The position numbers and the translations under genes were made by a program. A stretch of DNA of 61,282 nt, filler included, from Bipalium vagum (taxonomy: Eukaryota): assembly GCA_037834085.1 (NCBI GenBank). It is 3 parts of 3 records of this genome, joined end to end, with 100 filler letters (N's around TTAATTAATTAA, not from the genome) between each part and the next. Parts side by side here need not be neighbours in the genome. Positions count along the whole stretch, not along the records: positions 1 to 17,701 come from JBBMKC010054985.1; 2 more parts are not named here. One strand, given 5' to 3'. Within the stretch, counting starts at the first letter, position 1; every line of letters begins with the position of its first letter. This document shows positions 1 through 13,060 of this stretch, piece after piece. The notes beneath the pieces are model-generated. The model made no database searches. It saw only the letters and a list, made by a program, of their open reading frames with translations, and had not been told where the DNA came from.

Positions 1-45
<45 letters not shown>
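1..45. repeat. (TTA)n microsatellite
   Basis: About 15 perfect TTA units at the window start. Confidence 0.95.
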
Positions 46-47
<2 letters not shown>

Positions 48-399
48 TTTTTTTACAAACCCAAAGAAAATTATTATAGAAAGCAATAATACTACATTAA
101 TTTATGGTATTATTTTAATAATTATTGTTGTAAGATAAAATCAAACCATTCGTTGGACAGGAAGTGGAGCAGAACTTAAAAATTTGTTTTCGTTAACTTT
201 AAAAACGACTTGTAATAAAAGAGTAATTAATTTTATAAATTAAATTTACAAATAATAAATTAATAATTTTTATATATTTCATAAAGGTAACATTCTTACT
301 TTATAACAACAATGATTTAATAAATAAAGATAGATAAATAATGAAAACACTGTTTATTTGTTTAAATGAATTAAATTATTTGAGATTTTGAATTTTATA

Positions 400-880
400 A
401 ATCCTTATTTTTAAAAAAAATCGCTTCTAAACTGGCATCATTATCCAATAAAAATATACCAGGTATATCAGGTTTAGTCAAAAGTTATTCATGTTTTTAA
501 GAAAATACTTTATTTACAATTTTTTTAATACAGATCGCATGAATTCTCGAAATATAGTCCAACAGTTTCTATAACTCAAAGCCACCAATTCTCAACGGAC
601 GTACTTCAGTTTGAGTTTTGTCATTAAACAAATATTTGCTTTAGCATTATTTAAGTGGAAGACCACTTTTTTTCTGCTCATCAACTCTGGCCGTTTTTCA
701 GCTTCTCCTCTTTCAATTTTTAAAACTGGCTAAAAATACTTTGCCAAATTGATAGTTTGATCACTTGGAGTCAGCTCGTAATAAAAATACCCTTCCAATC
801 CCATCAAATGCATAATATCACTTTCTTAGGATGCAAATCTGGTTTTGCAGTTGATTCAGTGACTCATCTGGATCAGACAC
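400..880 (-). mobile_element. Decayed mariner transposase, catalytic region
   Basis: Minus-strand translation across stops and frameshifts gives VILCI.WDWKG..YYELTPSDQTIN...KKRPELMSRKKVVFH.NNAK, typical of mariner. Boundaries approximate. Confidence 0.75.
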
Positions 881-2764
881 ACTCTTCATAATGGGAAACT
901 AAGTACGCGTAAGAAAATTCATTAGGTCCGGTAATCTTTTCATAATTAAATGGGAAAATGAGATACTAATTTAAAAGTAAATAAATAAATAAAAAGAAAT
1001 AAAAGAAAGTTCTTAACTTAAGTGGATAAAATTGTTTTCTTTACCTACCTTGAAGTTTTTACGACGAATTCTTTTTTCTGAAACTTGATTCAAAATTAAG
1101 TCCATAACCGGTTTGAAAACTTTATTTATTATTAAGGGTTGACTAAAAAAAATATTTCGTCATCTTATTTAGAAAAATAATTAAAAAATATTCAATTGTA
1201 TTAGATTTATCAGTGATATCTTTTATATTTCACAATACCATCTTCAAACGGATATCTTTACAATCTAAATATGTCTCAAGCAATATTGGCGGATATGTTT
1301 TATCTAAGCTCATCTCTAAACAATTCATCTAAGAATTCAAAGTTAATTTTCTTCAATATTTTCACTAATTATTATTATTTTTATTTATTTCTAAATGAAC
1401 TCATTTTTATTTAACCGAATTACAGTATAAAATATAAGTCCTTTTGAGAACTGGATAAAAGAAAATAAATTACAGGATTAAATAAGTAAAGTATTATTTC
1501 CAAGTTTATCAGATAAAATAATAATAATTATTATTATAATATTATTATTATAATAATTATTTAGAATAATTATTATTAGGTGTACAAATAAATAATCAAA
1601 ATTTTTAATTATTTTATATAACTAATACAGTTGTTTTAATACTTCAATCTGCAATTAATATTTAAATCAATTATTAATATGGCATCATACGCAGATCTTG
1701 TTACATCACTGTTACATAGAATTCATTAGAAATCTTGATCTCAATACCGATACGATTTGGGAAACTTTATGTACAACTTTCTGTATCATTGTGATTCTTA
1801 TTGATTTATTTTGATCAAGATCATTTTAAATCCATTATAACCGATATGTTGATCATTATCATAATGAATCGGGAATTGATTGATAAAAATTAATTTTTTA
1901 AAAAATTGATTGATATCATTCTAAATAAATTCGGAGGAATCATATGTAGAATCATGACCCCGATAATCTGTCTGATGATGCCGATGGAGCCAGTGACTTT
2001 AAAGCTGGCTACTTCGGGATTGAAGTAATTCGATATATTCTGGTTAATGTAGATAATATTTGTCTTAAGCTGCTTATGAAAATAATATAATGTGGTTTTT
2101 TACTAATCTATAAAAGAATAATGATACAGAAATATTTTTCATGTATAACATGATTACAATTACAGTCTGCAAATGCTGCGTCTTTATTATAGATCTTTCA
2201 ATCAGCATAAATCCAAAATAAAGAAACTTCTTGGCTAAATTCATTTTTAAAAAGTTGAACATTAACAACAGTTAGTTCAGTCTAACAAATCACTTATTTT
2301 TATTAGTAAAACTATGTTGTGAAAGGCTCACATTTAATCAATATATCTAATACCAGGTTATTGTGAAAAACATTATTGATAAATGAAACCAAAGTTTCAT
2401 ATAATGATGAAACTATCAATTGTCTTTGAATTTTTTCTATCTCAATTTAAATATTCTTATTTAAATGTAATAGTCATTTTGGCAGTTGGGAATTTTGACG
2501 TCTCTCGAATTGTCTGAAGAAGATGGGAAATTTTATGTAAATTTAACTTTTTAATACAATCCATTTAAGAAATGAGTTATGAATGTAAAAAATTATTTAA
2601 ACATTTAACTTATTTTAGAGTTACCTTAAATCTAAAACCAGAACTTGATGTTTTGCTTAAAACCAAGTTTCATACTTAAATAAATAAATAAATAATTTAT
2701 TTACGCAATATTCCTAATAAATGATGTTTAAATAATCAAAATAACTATCATATTTTAAGTGAAA

Positions 2765-3380
2765 ATGCCTATAAAGCCAACCAAATACTTAGTGTAAAGG
2801 AGAAAAAAGAGGTTTATCTAAATTGAAATCCCAAAATAACTCACGAATATAAGTTAGAAGGTCTATCAAAACATTCTGTTCGAGAAATAATTCAAATAAC
2901 ACTAATCGCTCTCTCAAATATCCGATAATTGATTTAAAGTGCTTTTATGCCAAAGAATTCTATTTCAAAAATTCAACCTTCAGACTATGATTATTAGTAG
3001 GAGCTTCAAAGCAAAATATTATGATTTCCTAATGTGGAAAATCGTTTCTCAGCTTTCCGACGATTCCTCTCGTTTTCAGTTGTATAAAAGATTTCAATGA
3101 AAGATGCAATTATAAACTCACATTAATCTCGTCCTTCTTATTATCTAAAACAGTTTATAATTTTTGGACAAAAGCTGGATACATCAGGAAAGACATTCCT
3201 GGATCACAAAATCTTATTTCGGAAATTCTTGGTTTGACCATGTCGTCGATAGAGTACAAATTACTGATCGAATTAAAGAAAAGGATATTTATGATGATTT
3301 AATAGATGAAAATGACTTTGACTTACCCGATGAAACGAAATTCAATTCCATTTACTCAAACAAACTAGTTTTTTCAGATT
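2765..3380 (+). mobile_element. pogo/Tigger transposase relic, internally deleted
   Basis: N-terminal MPIKPTKYLSVKEKKEV, then FMPKNSISKIQP.D...SFKAKYY...MKDAI...TVYNFWTKAG (DDE_1 C-terminal motifs), with stops and frameshifts. Confidence 0.7.
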
Positions 3381-3760
3381 AAGAAAAAAACATTTGAGGG
3401 TAAACAAAATGAAAAGTCAGTCTGGTAAACAAAAACAGAGTTTTGACATTTTGAAAAATATATTTTCTCTTCAAATACATTAAATGAATATGTTATAAAT
3501 TCAACCAAATCAATAGAATGTTTTATCAGCAACATAACCACCTCAGTTATAATACTAAAAAAACAGATTATTATGCAATGAATGTCATTTGATTTTTAAT
3601 GTAAAACACTTTAATTTAAACTTTTTAAATATTGTGTATTTTGTTTATGTAAATTTTTGTGTCAACTCTGAAGTTTACCATTCTCTTAAGTTTTCCAATT
3701 TTTTTAAAAAGTACGTGGCAAACTCCAGAGTGTTGGCCGCATTTTTAAAAATAATAAATA

Positions 3761-3972
3761 CAGTGGGCGCTCAGTTATTTTAACGCTTAGTTATTTGAAC
3801 GCTTAGTTATTTGAACTTTCAGTTATTTGAATAATTTTTTGAAAAATGAAGACATGTCTATTCAAACAAAGCTGGAAGATCATGGATTTGTTTTAAAATA
3901 AATTTTATTTGTAATTGAGTTATTTGAACTTTTTTGAAATCCCCACGAGTTCAAATAACTGAGCGCCGACTG
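3761..3972. mobile_element. pogo/Tigger-type MITE (212 bp)
   Basis: TIRs CAGTGGGCGCTCAGTTATTTTAAC / CAGTCGGCGCTCAGTTATTTGAAC (rc), TA on both flanks, internal tandem AGTTATTTGAAC units. Confidence 0.9.
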
Positions 3973-4539
3973 TAGTAATAATATTAATATTAATAATGAT
4001 AATAATAAACAAGTATTAATATATATAGTAATAATGATGATAATAATAATAATATTTATATGTTAGAAAATGTAATAAAACTATGTATATAAAACGAGAA
4101 TGTTGTTTAACTCATGATAAACATTTCAAGTTAAAAATAGTTGCTGCAATATTAATAATAAAGTCATAAAAATTATTACTATTACAAACCTTTTACGTGA
4201 TAAAGTGATTTTTAGCAACTATATATTAGCTTAATAATAATAATAGTAATATTCGAGACACCTGAGACAAGAGTATATAATTTTTTAACAGGTCTGGTCC
4301 TTTCATCTGGTTGCCATCTGAGAGGCTTAGTGTAAAGGTGCTGCTGATTTTCAGCTAGGCTTTCAAACTCAATGAAATCAATTTGAGAACTCGTCTATTA
4401 TTTAGAATAATAATAATAGCTGTCTGGACTTAATAATAGCAAATTTGGTTGTCTCAGAGATAAATAATCTGTTATAAAACTCTCTCAAGTTCTCGATGAA
4501 ATTTCTCAAAGTAATAAATGAAAAAATGGGGAAAAGATT

Positions 4540-4900
4540 TTAAAACGTGTTGCTGTTTCAATGTTTGAAAAATTGTAATACACTGATAAATATCCACCCC
4601 TGATATGGAACAATTACATTAAAAATTCACTTGTCACAGTTCAACTAATGCGCTGAGAGTCTCCATACATTTACCGTTTCTGCTCTTGATAAAGGCTTCA
4701 TTCAACGAAAGTAGGAAGTGTTTAATAGTTTCAGATAATGTGTTGAGAGGTTGATTTGCTGCAAAGCGTATGAGGTTTAGAAGGGGGAAAGTATAATTGT
4801 TTTATCTTTCTCTCACTTTGCTGCAGTATGTAAATGATAAACACCCCTGCGGTACGGCTGATGAATTTACAGCGTAAATAATAGATAAAACGAATACAAG
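4540..4900 (+). mobile_element. Possible Penelope-like retroelement fragment (RT thumb/linker)
   Basis: Fragments KYPPLIW...RVSIHLPF...FAAK loosely resemble the GYP...LPF...FxAA region of Penelope-like elements. Weak. Confidence 0.25.
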
Positions 4901-6124
4901 AGTTTTTTTAACGTAGAATTTTTCGATTTTTTAAAACAGCTTTTATTTTTTGTTTGTTCGTTTGCGGCATTCTCTCTATTTCATTCTCTTCAGTACGTAA
5001 TTATTTTTCGAAAATACCCTTTTAAAACAATATATGAGAAAAATGGCATAAACAGATTTACAATTGGTAAAATGAAGAGTTAATTGTGAGATTAAATAAA
5101 GTTGGAAAAACTGATATTTATTCGCTTATCACTGGAAGACTCTCCTTCCATAGTCAAAGAGCTCCATCTAATTTTTGGCAAAATTGAAATTTATCTTCTC
5201 ATTTTCTATCAATATTTTCAATGGGATTAACTAATGAGCTGTGTGACTTTAATCAGGCTTGGATTAGGAAGTCTCCCACAGATTTCATCGTCATAGGGAT
5301 TCTGAAATTTGGTACGAGTTAGGTTTCCATCTAATTTTACTTTTGGAACTCTGTAAACATCAATTTCGAAACTAATAACGAATTTTAGTTTTTAATTTTT
5401 TTTACTGATAGTAAAAAAGCTCTTTATTAAAAATATCAGTAAAATATTATCACGTTAATGTAAAATATTATTAAAAATATTAACATTAAGAAACACTAAA
5501 ACCTTAAATAAATTTATTTATTTAACTGTATTATGATTGGCTGGTTTATACGGTCCACTTTAGCACACCGCTCAAAATTTTCGCATATGTACTAGGATAA
5601 TTAGGATTACTGGATCTTTGTGTAATATAAATATTACTAAATTAAAGGATCAAATACAGATCCACTTATAAGTCCCACATTTTGCAATCCCACCTAATAA
5701 ACTTTTCGGACTATTTTCCATATCAGCTTAAGAAGGCTGAAGAAAACATTTATAAAGTTTGAAGAAGGTATATCTCATTTTTTCTGGTAAATATATCCAG
5801 TATAATCAAAATATCTACCATTTACTTTATAAATTAAAATCGGTAAAAACATCGTATGAAAAAAGATTATTAATAATTTTTAGGTGATTATTAAAAAAAA
5901 TATTAACTTTAACTAATTAAATTTTTATGAAGATAGTATAGAAGTTTACATCCTTCAAATGGTGATGTTAAAGTTAAATTCAATCTTTTGCTGACTATTC
6001 ACATGATGCATCTGTCTGAAGAGTTTCAGGGCCCAGCTTTTTAACAACCAATCAACGGTGTTTTATTATTCATAATAATTTTGTAATAATGCTAAAATAA
6101 AATTATAAATGAAACATCAATAAA

Positions 6125-6800
6125 ACACATTCACTCTAAGAAGAAAATGGTAACTGTCTGGTGGCCCATGTTAGGTATAATTGACTTTGAGTTTCTCAAA
6201 TAAAGCAAAATCATTACATCTGGTGTCTACTGCGAAATGCTTGATAAAGTTAGTGAAAACCTTAAAATTCAGAACCCATCATTGGTCACAAAAATATTCC
6301 AATTCTTTTCCATTATAATGAAAGACCTCAAACATCAAAATTAACTATACAAAAATTGAAAGATCTGGGCTACGAGGCTCTTCCACATCGCCCAGTTTTT
6401 GAGCACTTATTGTACTCTATCAAAAGGTATTCTCAATGACTCAATGTCAGGAGAACCTTGATAAATTTGAATTACGAGGTCCCAGCATTATTAATCGATT
6501 GTTGATTGATGATGAGACGGGTATATTTTTATGAGAATTAATCATCTCCTAAGGCAAAAGTAAGGGTTCTTAAAGGTGACACAAAAAAACTGAGATTTAA
6601 GTGAAGAAGATAATGTTCAATTCTATAGAAATTGCCAAATTATAAAGTTGAGAAACAGAGAGATGATCACGATGATCTGTTTGTCTCGATTTACAGTTAG
6701 TTCTGTAAGCCACCAAAAGTGTGATGTAAAAGGGATAATTCTATAGTATGATAAAGGTTGTCTTCATAAATCTTTACTAACGCTTAACAGTTTCATCTTT
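6125..6800 (+). mobile_element. Mariner transposase fragments
   Basis: HSKKKMVTVWW..GIIDFEFL...YCEMLDKV...ILFHYNERP..SKLTIQKLKDLGYEALPH at 6132-6395; further fragments (IDDETG, KGIIL) to about 6800. Confidence 0.8.
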
Positions 6801-7230
6801 AAGTTACAAATTTATGTACAGACAGTTTAGTGTTTTTTTATTTTGAAACTAAACATTTTGTTATAAAGATTTAACAGGCACTGGAATAAATCAGTTAGAA
6901 AAATTTTTGCCTAGATGCAATATGGCCTTGATAATGTAAGAACCTGTTGCATAAGATGACCAGTCTACAAAAGTTTGTTAATGTTCTCTTGCGGAATCAC
7001 AGTACCAATAAGGAAACTAGAATCATAGAAAAACCCTTTCGCTAAGCAAGAACATCAGTTGATCGTGTGGAATCGGCTGAAGAAGTGATCCTCGAAATGA
7101 GTTGTTATATTAATAAACTTTTGTTTTGATTATAAATAACACGACAGACTGTCACCAGAAATAACAATCAAAGTCTTTAACAGAAATATTAAGATAATCA
7201 GTCAGAATGTATGCTATATATACGTATGTA

Positions 7231-7399
7231 CAGTGAAACCTGTTAATTTGGCCAGCTGATTCAGTTGATCCTTTTATTTAAAAGCAGACAAAAATTATAT
7301 ATTGACTTGTTTTTCATGAACCCTATATAATTTGGGTACCTCTATATTTTGGGCCAAATGTTCGTTCCCAGTGGTGCTCAATATTGAAATGTTTCACTG
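7231..7399. mobile_element. pogo/Tigger-type MITE (169 bp)
   Basis: TA|CAGTGAAAC ... GTTTCACTG|TA termini. Confidence 0.8.
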
Positions 7400-9050
7400 T
7401 ATATAAATAAAAAATATTATTTATTATTTATTGTAAACTGTATTCTTTGAAAGATTCTAAGTAATTCTAATCTTCAAGTAATTTTCTCGCTCTTTTCTAG
7501 TACTGTAAAATTTTGTTATTGAATATTGTTAATATTTAATTATTGTTTTTTAAAGTAATTTTTAAATTTTTTAAAAAATAAAATTTAACAAATCTTTTGA
7601 AAATTAAAAATAATTTTAAAAATTAAATAAAATAAAATTATTTAAGCATGTAAATATTATGAAATTAAAACAAACAAAGATTTAATAATATTTAATCTAA
7701 AAGTTTAAAATTATTAAGTGTAATTATTTTAAAATTAATTTAAATTAAAAAAAAATTAAACAATAAAAATAAAATTAAAAATTACTTTAATTGATTTATG
7801 TTATTCTCAAAGCCAATTTGTATGCTTAAGAATATTTTTTGTTAGAGCTACTCGAGGTAAGCAAAGATATGGTGAACTAAAAAACAGAAAAAACATAAAG
7901 TGTTCATTACATTTTAAGTTATGATCACAGTATTAGAAGTTATTAGGAAAAAGAAAGTCATTGCGGAAATTATAGTCTATCATAAAGATACATTGTCCAC
8001 ATAAATTCCGGACAGTAAAAGTACTCATATCAAGCAGGAAACCTAAGTCGAGTGTACTTTTCAAAAGAAACGGAGATTTAGTGATTATCTTTTAAAAAAT
8101 ATATCACTTTTCCTTAGTGAGAAAAAAGAAATAAAGTTTAAATAACCTGAAGCATCAGTGGTCACCTAAAACCTTTGGTGCAACTCGCTGAGTTCTCATA
8201 TCTCGTTTTATAATATTACTAATATAACAAATACAACTAAAATAATAACGCACTGTCGAGCAGAGTAGTCGAAATGAACGATGAGATAAGGGGAAAATAG
8301 TGGTGTTATGAAAAGTATCTGATAATGACTTTACAATAAAAGTGATAACCAATATTACCACTAGCACTAATCATAATCATTTCCCTATTGTAGTGAAGGG
8401 ATGACGCTGTGAATAATCCAGGACCATTAACGTCATAGATAATTATCGATGGTAACTTGAAATGGATACAGTGAGGACTCAGTACTATTACTGCTTCATT
8501 GGCAGAGCGGGATGAACAATAATTAAGATTCGATTCAGTCAACACATAAATTTGTTGGGAAAAAAACCCATCATATAAAATCAGGGGAAACTGATTCTCA
8601 ATTCCGTGCAGCTCGACTCAAGAGGTTTTATGGTAAAATTGTCAATGGCGAATACTTCAAACGGAATTTCTGTCCGTAGAAATTATGCATTTTTATATAT
8701 TTCTACGGTGATACATATATATTTATTTATTTATTTTATTAAAATTACAAAGTATAGATTAAAAAGATGACATTGGATTTTGGAAAGAAAATTATTTTTG
8801 TACAAAAGACCATAACATTTATGACAACAAATGATTTAGGAAATCGCCTTTTTCTTCAGTTCGTTTTAGTGGAAACTTTGGACAGGACAGCTATATCTCT
8901 TGTTTTTCTGAGGAATGTCAATTTCGGAATTTTACAATTAATCGTATAATAATAATAGTAATAGTAAATGTTATTAGAGCACGTCTTTTGATATGTTATA
9001 AAAATATTAAATGGTTTCTATCTGAATTTTTTGTTTGAATGCGTCACATT

Positions 9051-9232
9051 CTATATATGTGTTGATGCATGACTAGCGACAGAGGGATAAATGTCTGTTA
9101 CATACGTTGGGCTCGATGTTGATTGATATAAAGCTTCTGAAACGGGAATACAACTGGAACTAGAACAATTAAAGACGCATCCTGGAAATGGTAAAATTTG
9201 CATATTGTTGCTCGTACTGTAAGTTGAATACC
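9051..9232 (-). CDS. Candidate exon (probably terminal) of an unidentified gene; Ser/Thr/Pro/Tyr-rich peptide
   Basis: Acceptor ttccatttag| then an open frame GYSTYSTSNNMQILPFPG...SHASTHI* with higher GC than the flanks. No recognisable domain and no partner exons found. Confidence 0.35.
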
Positions 9233-9719
9233 CTAAATGGAAATTAAATGTCAATTAAAAACCCTGGTATAATAAAGTATATATCTATTTACACTGTTAA
9301 GTAATTAGGCCTTTAGAAATTGTTGAAATGAACTAATATTATTGTAATAATTATGCTCTATGGGCTCTCAACAAGTCCAATATAATTCTATCAATGACAT
9401 TTCAAATTAATTAAATAATGGGTGTAAAAGAATGACTTGGTCGATTTCTATGGTGGAAAAATGCACTGACTTTGAGAAAGGGCAAATTGAAATTCTTATT
9501 TTAATTAATTTTTATCCAAAATAACAACATATTCTTCAAAGTTTGGGGAATAGATGAATCCCATAATAGGAAAATTCAATTGTTTCAAGGTCATCCAATC
9601 ATAATAATACATTATCAAATTCTGTGTACTCGTATTATCATATTACTAGGTCAAAAAAGTATAAAATACATAGATTTAATAACCAACATTTATTAAAGAA
9701 GTCTTTGACAAGGAACAAT

Positions 9720-9950
9720 TTATTTAATCAAAGTAAGCACCTTCAACAGTTATACACTTCTGCGACCTTGTTGGCAGCTTGGAGATGACTATTAAAAAAA
9801 TTAGGTTTTTGAAATTCGATGAATTGCATAAAGATACTTAGGACAGCCTTAGGGAATGAAATTTTTTTCCTTGTATAAAGTAATATGTTCAACATAATTC
9901 TTGAATATTTTTTCCAACAAACCATGTGATATCGTTTGGAATAAACTTAA
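9720..9950 (-). mobile_element. Mariner transposase 3' end relic
   Basis: LPTRSQKCITVEGAYFD resembles the mariner C-terminus (L..RW.KCI..EG.YF). Confidence 0.6.
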
Positions 9951-10239
9951 CCAAGTTATACAGATTTTCATGAATTAAATACAATAGTTGGTGTTTATAG
10001 GATTGGCGATAAATGTTTTTCTTGATTTCAGTATTTCATAGTGCACAATACCTTTTGATTAAAGATACTCACAATAACAATTTCTTTTCATTTTGTTTTT
10101 CATAAAATGCATTAAAAGGTTTACACTTATACAAACGATCATTTAAGTCATTTATAACTTTTTGACTAATTTCTCTTGATATTATAACAGTCTCCTTTTC
10201 AATAATATCTTTCAGATCTTGGATAACTTTGAGTTTTCT

Positions 10240-11326
10240 TCTTTATACCTGTGTATTCAAAGGTCCTTAAAGTAAAAATTCAAATAGTTTTTTAAGAGTT
10301 TGAAGAAAAGATTGTTTATTGTCGTTTTCATTAACTAGGCTTTCAATAGCAATTCTTTCAGCATGGTCTTCGTCATATAAATTATGCATAATTTGGATCT
10401 TATATGTATAAGGTTTAAGATGTTTTCGTACGGCTTTAAGATGCATTTAACTTTTTAGAAGCAGTTCTTAGCGATGCCCCAAGTGCTTCTATATAAGCAT
10501 GAATTATTTCGTATATTCTTCATCTTCCATTAATAGTTTTCCAGAGCTAAAGAGATCACAAGCACTCCCAGTCTCTCTGAATTTGCAATTATTTTCATCT
10601 ATATTTTCACTAAATGTATCTTTTTTCATTTCTATATGCCGTCTAGTAAAATAATTAACATTCTTTCTTCAATAAAGAGCAATATAATTTGAATTTACTG
10701 CAATAAAATTGGATAAAAAAGATTTATTAAAACAAGCAAACACTGACATTAACTTTGGGAAAGTCTACTTTGAAAAATCTAAATTAAATATAGAGGGGGT
10801 GCAAAAATATGTATAGTGATAAAAAAAACTGAAAACATTTGTATATTTACTTTATTTATTTTTCAAAGAACCTAATGTCGCCAAAAAAAATAGTTAGAGA
10901 ACGTGTAATAAGTAAAACTTGTAATAAGAAGTTTTAACCTCTCAGGTACTCAAACAGCCGTCCGCATTAACACACACTTCTAATCGTGAACGAATTTTTC
11001 ATGCACACTCTAGAACAAAGATTATATCAGCATCAATGGTTTGACAAGCTTTCAAAATGAACTGAGTCAGCGGTACGTGGCTTGCCTGGAAAAACTTGAT
11101 CTTATACAATACGAAATTTTAAGTCAAGTAATGTACACACAGAACGTGCAAAATGCGTCGGGACCCCATCTTGCTGAAAATGGAAGTCTTCATTTTGGTT
11201 ATTGTTCACGTACTTATCGTATTATTGTAATCTCTCTTTTTATTACTGTATACATATTTTTGCAGCACCCCATGAATTAAATTTTCCGGAACTTCAAATC
11301 GGATACGTTTATTATACACACCCTGT
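10240..11326 (-). mobile_element. Tc1-like (DUF4817/DD37D-type) relic, interrupted by a nested element
   Basis: Minus-strand SLRTASKKL...KPYTYKIQIMHNLYDEDH; terminal TA|CAGGGTGTGTATAATAAACG (rc) at about 11305-11326. Confidence 0.6.
10793..11273 (-). mobile_element. Internally deleted Tc1-like (DD37D-type) element nested in the previous one
   Basis: Imperfect TIRs sharing TGCAAAAATATGTATA after a G-run; internal FQQDGVPTHFARSV and RSRLEVCVNADG on the minus strand. Confidence 0.75.
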
Positions 11327-12569
11327 AAATTATTTGTTCGTTAAATATTTAAATCCATGAAATGTTTGTATAAAGATTTTAAGCTATTTAAGGAGAAAAA
11401 TATAAAATATAATATTATCAATTAATGTAACATGTTTTTATTCCATTTTTAATGGAAAACGTCAATAGAAATGTAGGAAAATAATTTTTGTAATTTTTTC
11501 CATAAACATTTTAAAATGGAAGAATAATCTATAAAGAAAAATAACAATTTATTTTATGAAATATATTGAATGAAATCCATTAATATTTGATTAAATTTAA
11601 TATTTAAAATTCGAAAATATTGTGTAATGTCGATTTTGGATAGAATTAATCTTTTGACAACTCAAACCTCTCTTGGGAGGATAAAGAACAGGTACGGTTA
11701 ATATTTTATTAGAAATTATTAGAATACGGTATAAAGGGTGAACAATATAAAATTCATAATATTATGGAATAAAATAAATCAAAAATTCATTTTGTATAAT
11801 TGTGGAAAAATTATTATATATTTTCAAAATTAAAAATGTGACATTATATTTCAGTTGAGTAAGTCTGTTGATGAGAACTCAATGATCGTCTGTAGTAATT
11901 TTTCATGAAAGCAAATGAATTATTTATTAGTATTTTTACAATTTAAAATAAAAAGTTTATTTATGAAATAACTGATTAAAATTTCTCTTGAATAGGTTTT
12001 TATTATTATTTGTGCACATATTTATCATTGGACTGAAAATTCTCTTTTGAAAATGTGAGTTTTTTCAAGGTAAAATGATAATTTTTATTTTAATACATAA
12101 TATTATTATATTGAAGTATCGTGCTGAGAGAAAAGTTTTGTCGCTTTTTCATATGCTAACTTTAAAAGAAAAATATTTTAAAATATCGATTAATATTTTT
12201 ATATTTATTGATAAATAATAATAAGACAGGTATGCTTCTATTAAATTAAAATTTTATTTTATTATATTAGGTATATCTTATTAATATCAGAACATAAAAT
12301 ATATTGTTCAAGAAATCAAGGATTGATGGAACTGGAAATGTATTTGTACTCTATTTTCTATTTTTAGTAACTAATGTTCCTATAATTTGTTACTATGATA
12401 TTTTTCTACAAAACTATTTAAATTAATATAAATATTAATAGTTGAGTTTAAATAAAAAACTTTTAAAATCAAAACTAAGTTAAAAAGTATTTGTGTTACA
12501 AAAAAGTAATAAAGATTATTATGAATCGATTTTTTTTTCAAATATTTTTCTCAAGATGAAATCATATGT

Positions 12570-13060
12570 GCAAATTTTTTGTGTTCTTCACGAAGGTGGG
12601 AGACTCGAGAAATGAACATATTTTGGACACGACACAATTTTTAATATTAAAATTAACCACAAACAATATAAATATATGAAATTTAATATGGATTTAAGAA
12701 ATCTTAAATTTGGATTAAACCTGAAGCAAAACCCGACGCAATCTACTCAAGCCAAGAACTTTTTTTTTCATAATAACGATGCACTTCACACATCCACAAA
12801 AAATACAAGATGCATTAACAAAAGATTGGTTGGTACTACTGGATCATTTTCCATACAACTTAGATTTTCCATCTTAAATTGCTTAATAATCTAAAGAAAC
12901 ATATGCGAGGACATCAACTGTTTAAAGAATGATTTGAAGGATACATGGCGAAAAGCCTTGCGGAAAAGGATAAAAATTTCTTTGAAATATAATTCAATGG
13001 AATAGTCTAAAGAGGGATAAATTGTGTAGATGTGAATGGATGTTATGTCAATAAATGAGA
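12570..13060 (+). mobile_element. Mariner transposase relic
   Basis: FFHNNDALHTS, LLDHFPYNLD and a C-terminal CVDVNGCYV motif. Confidence 0.6.

Noticed and set aside
1625-2530. Complex sequence suspected to be a piggyBac/Harbinger relic
   Set aside because: No convincing catalytic motif or TIR could be read.
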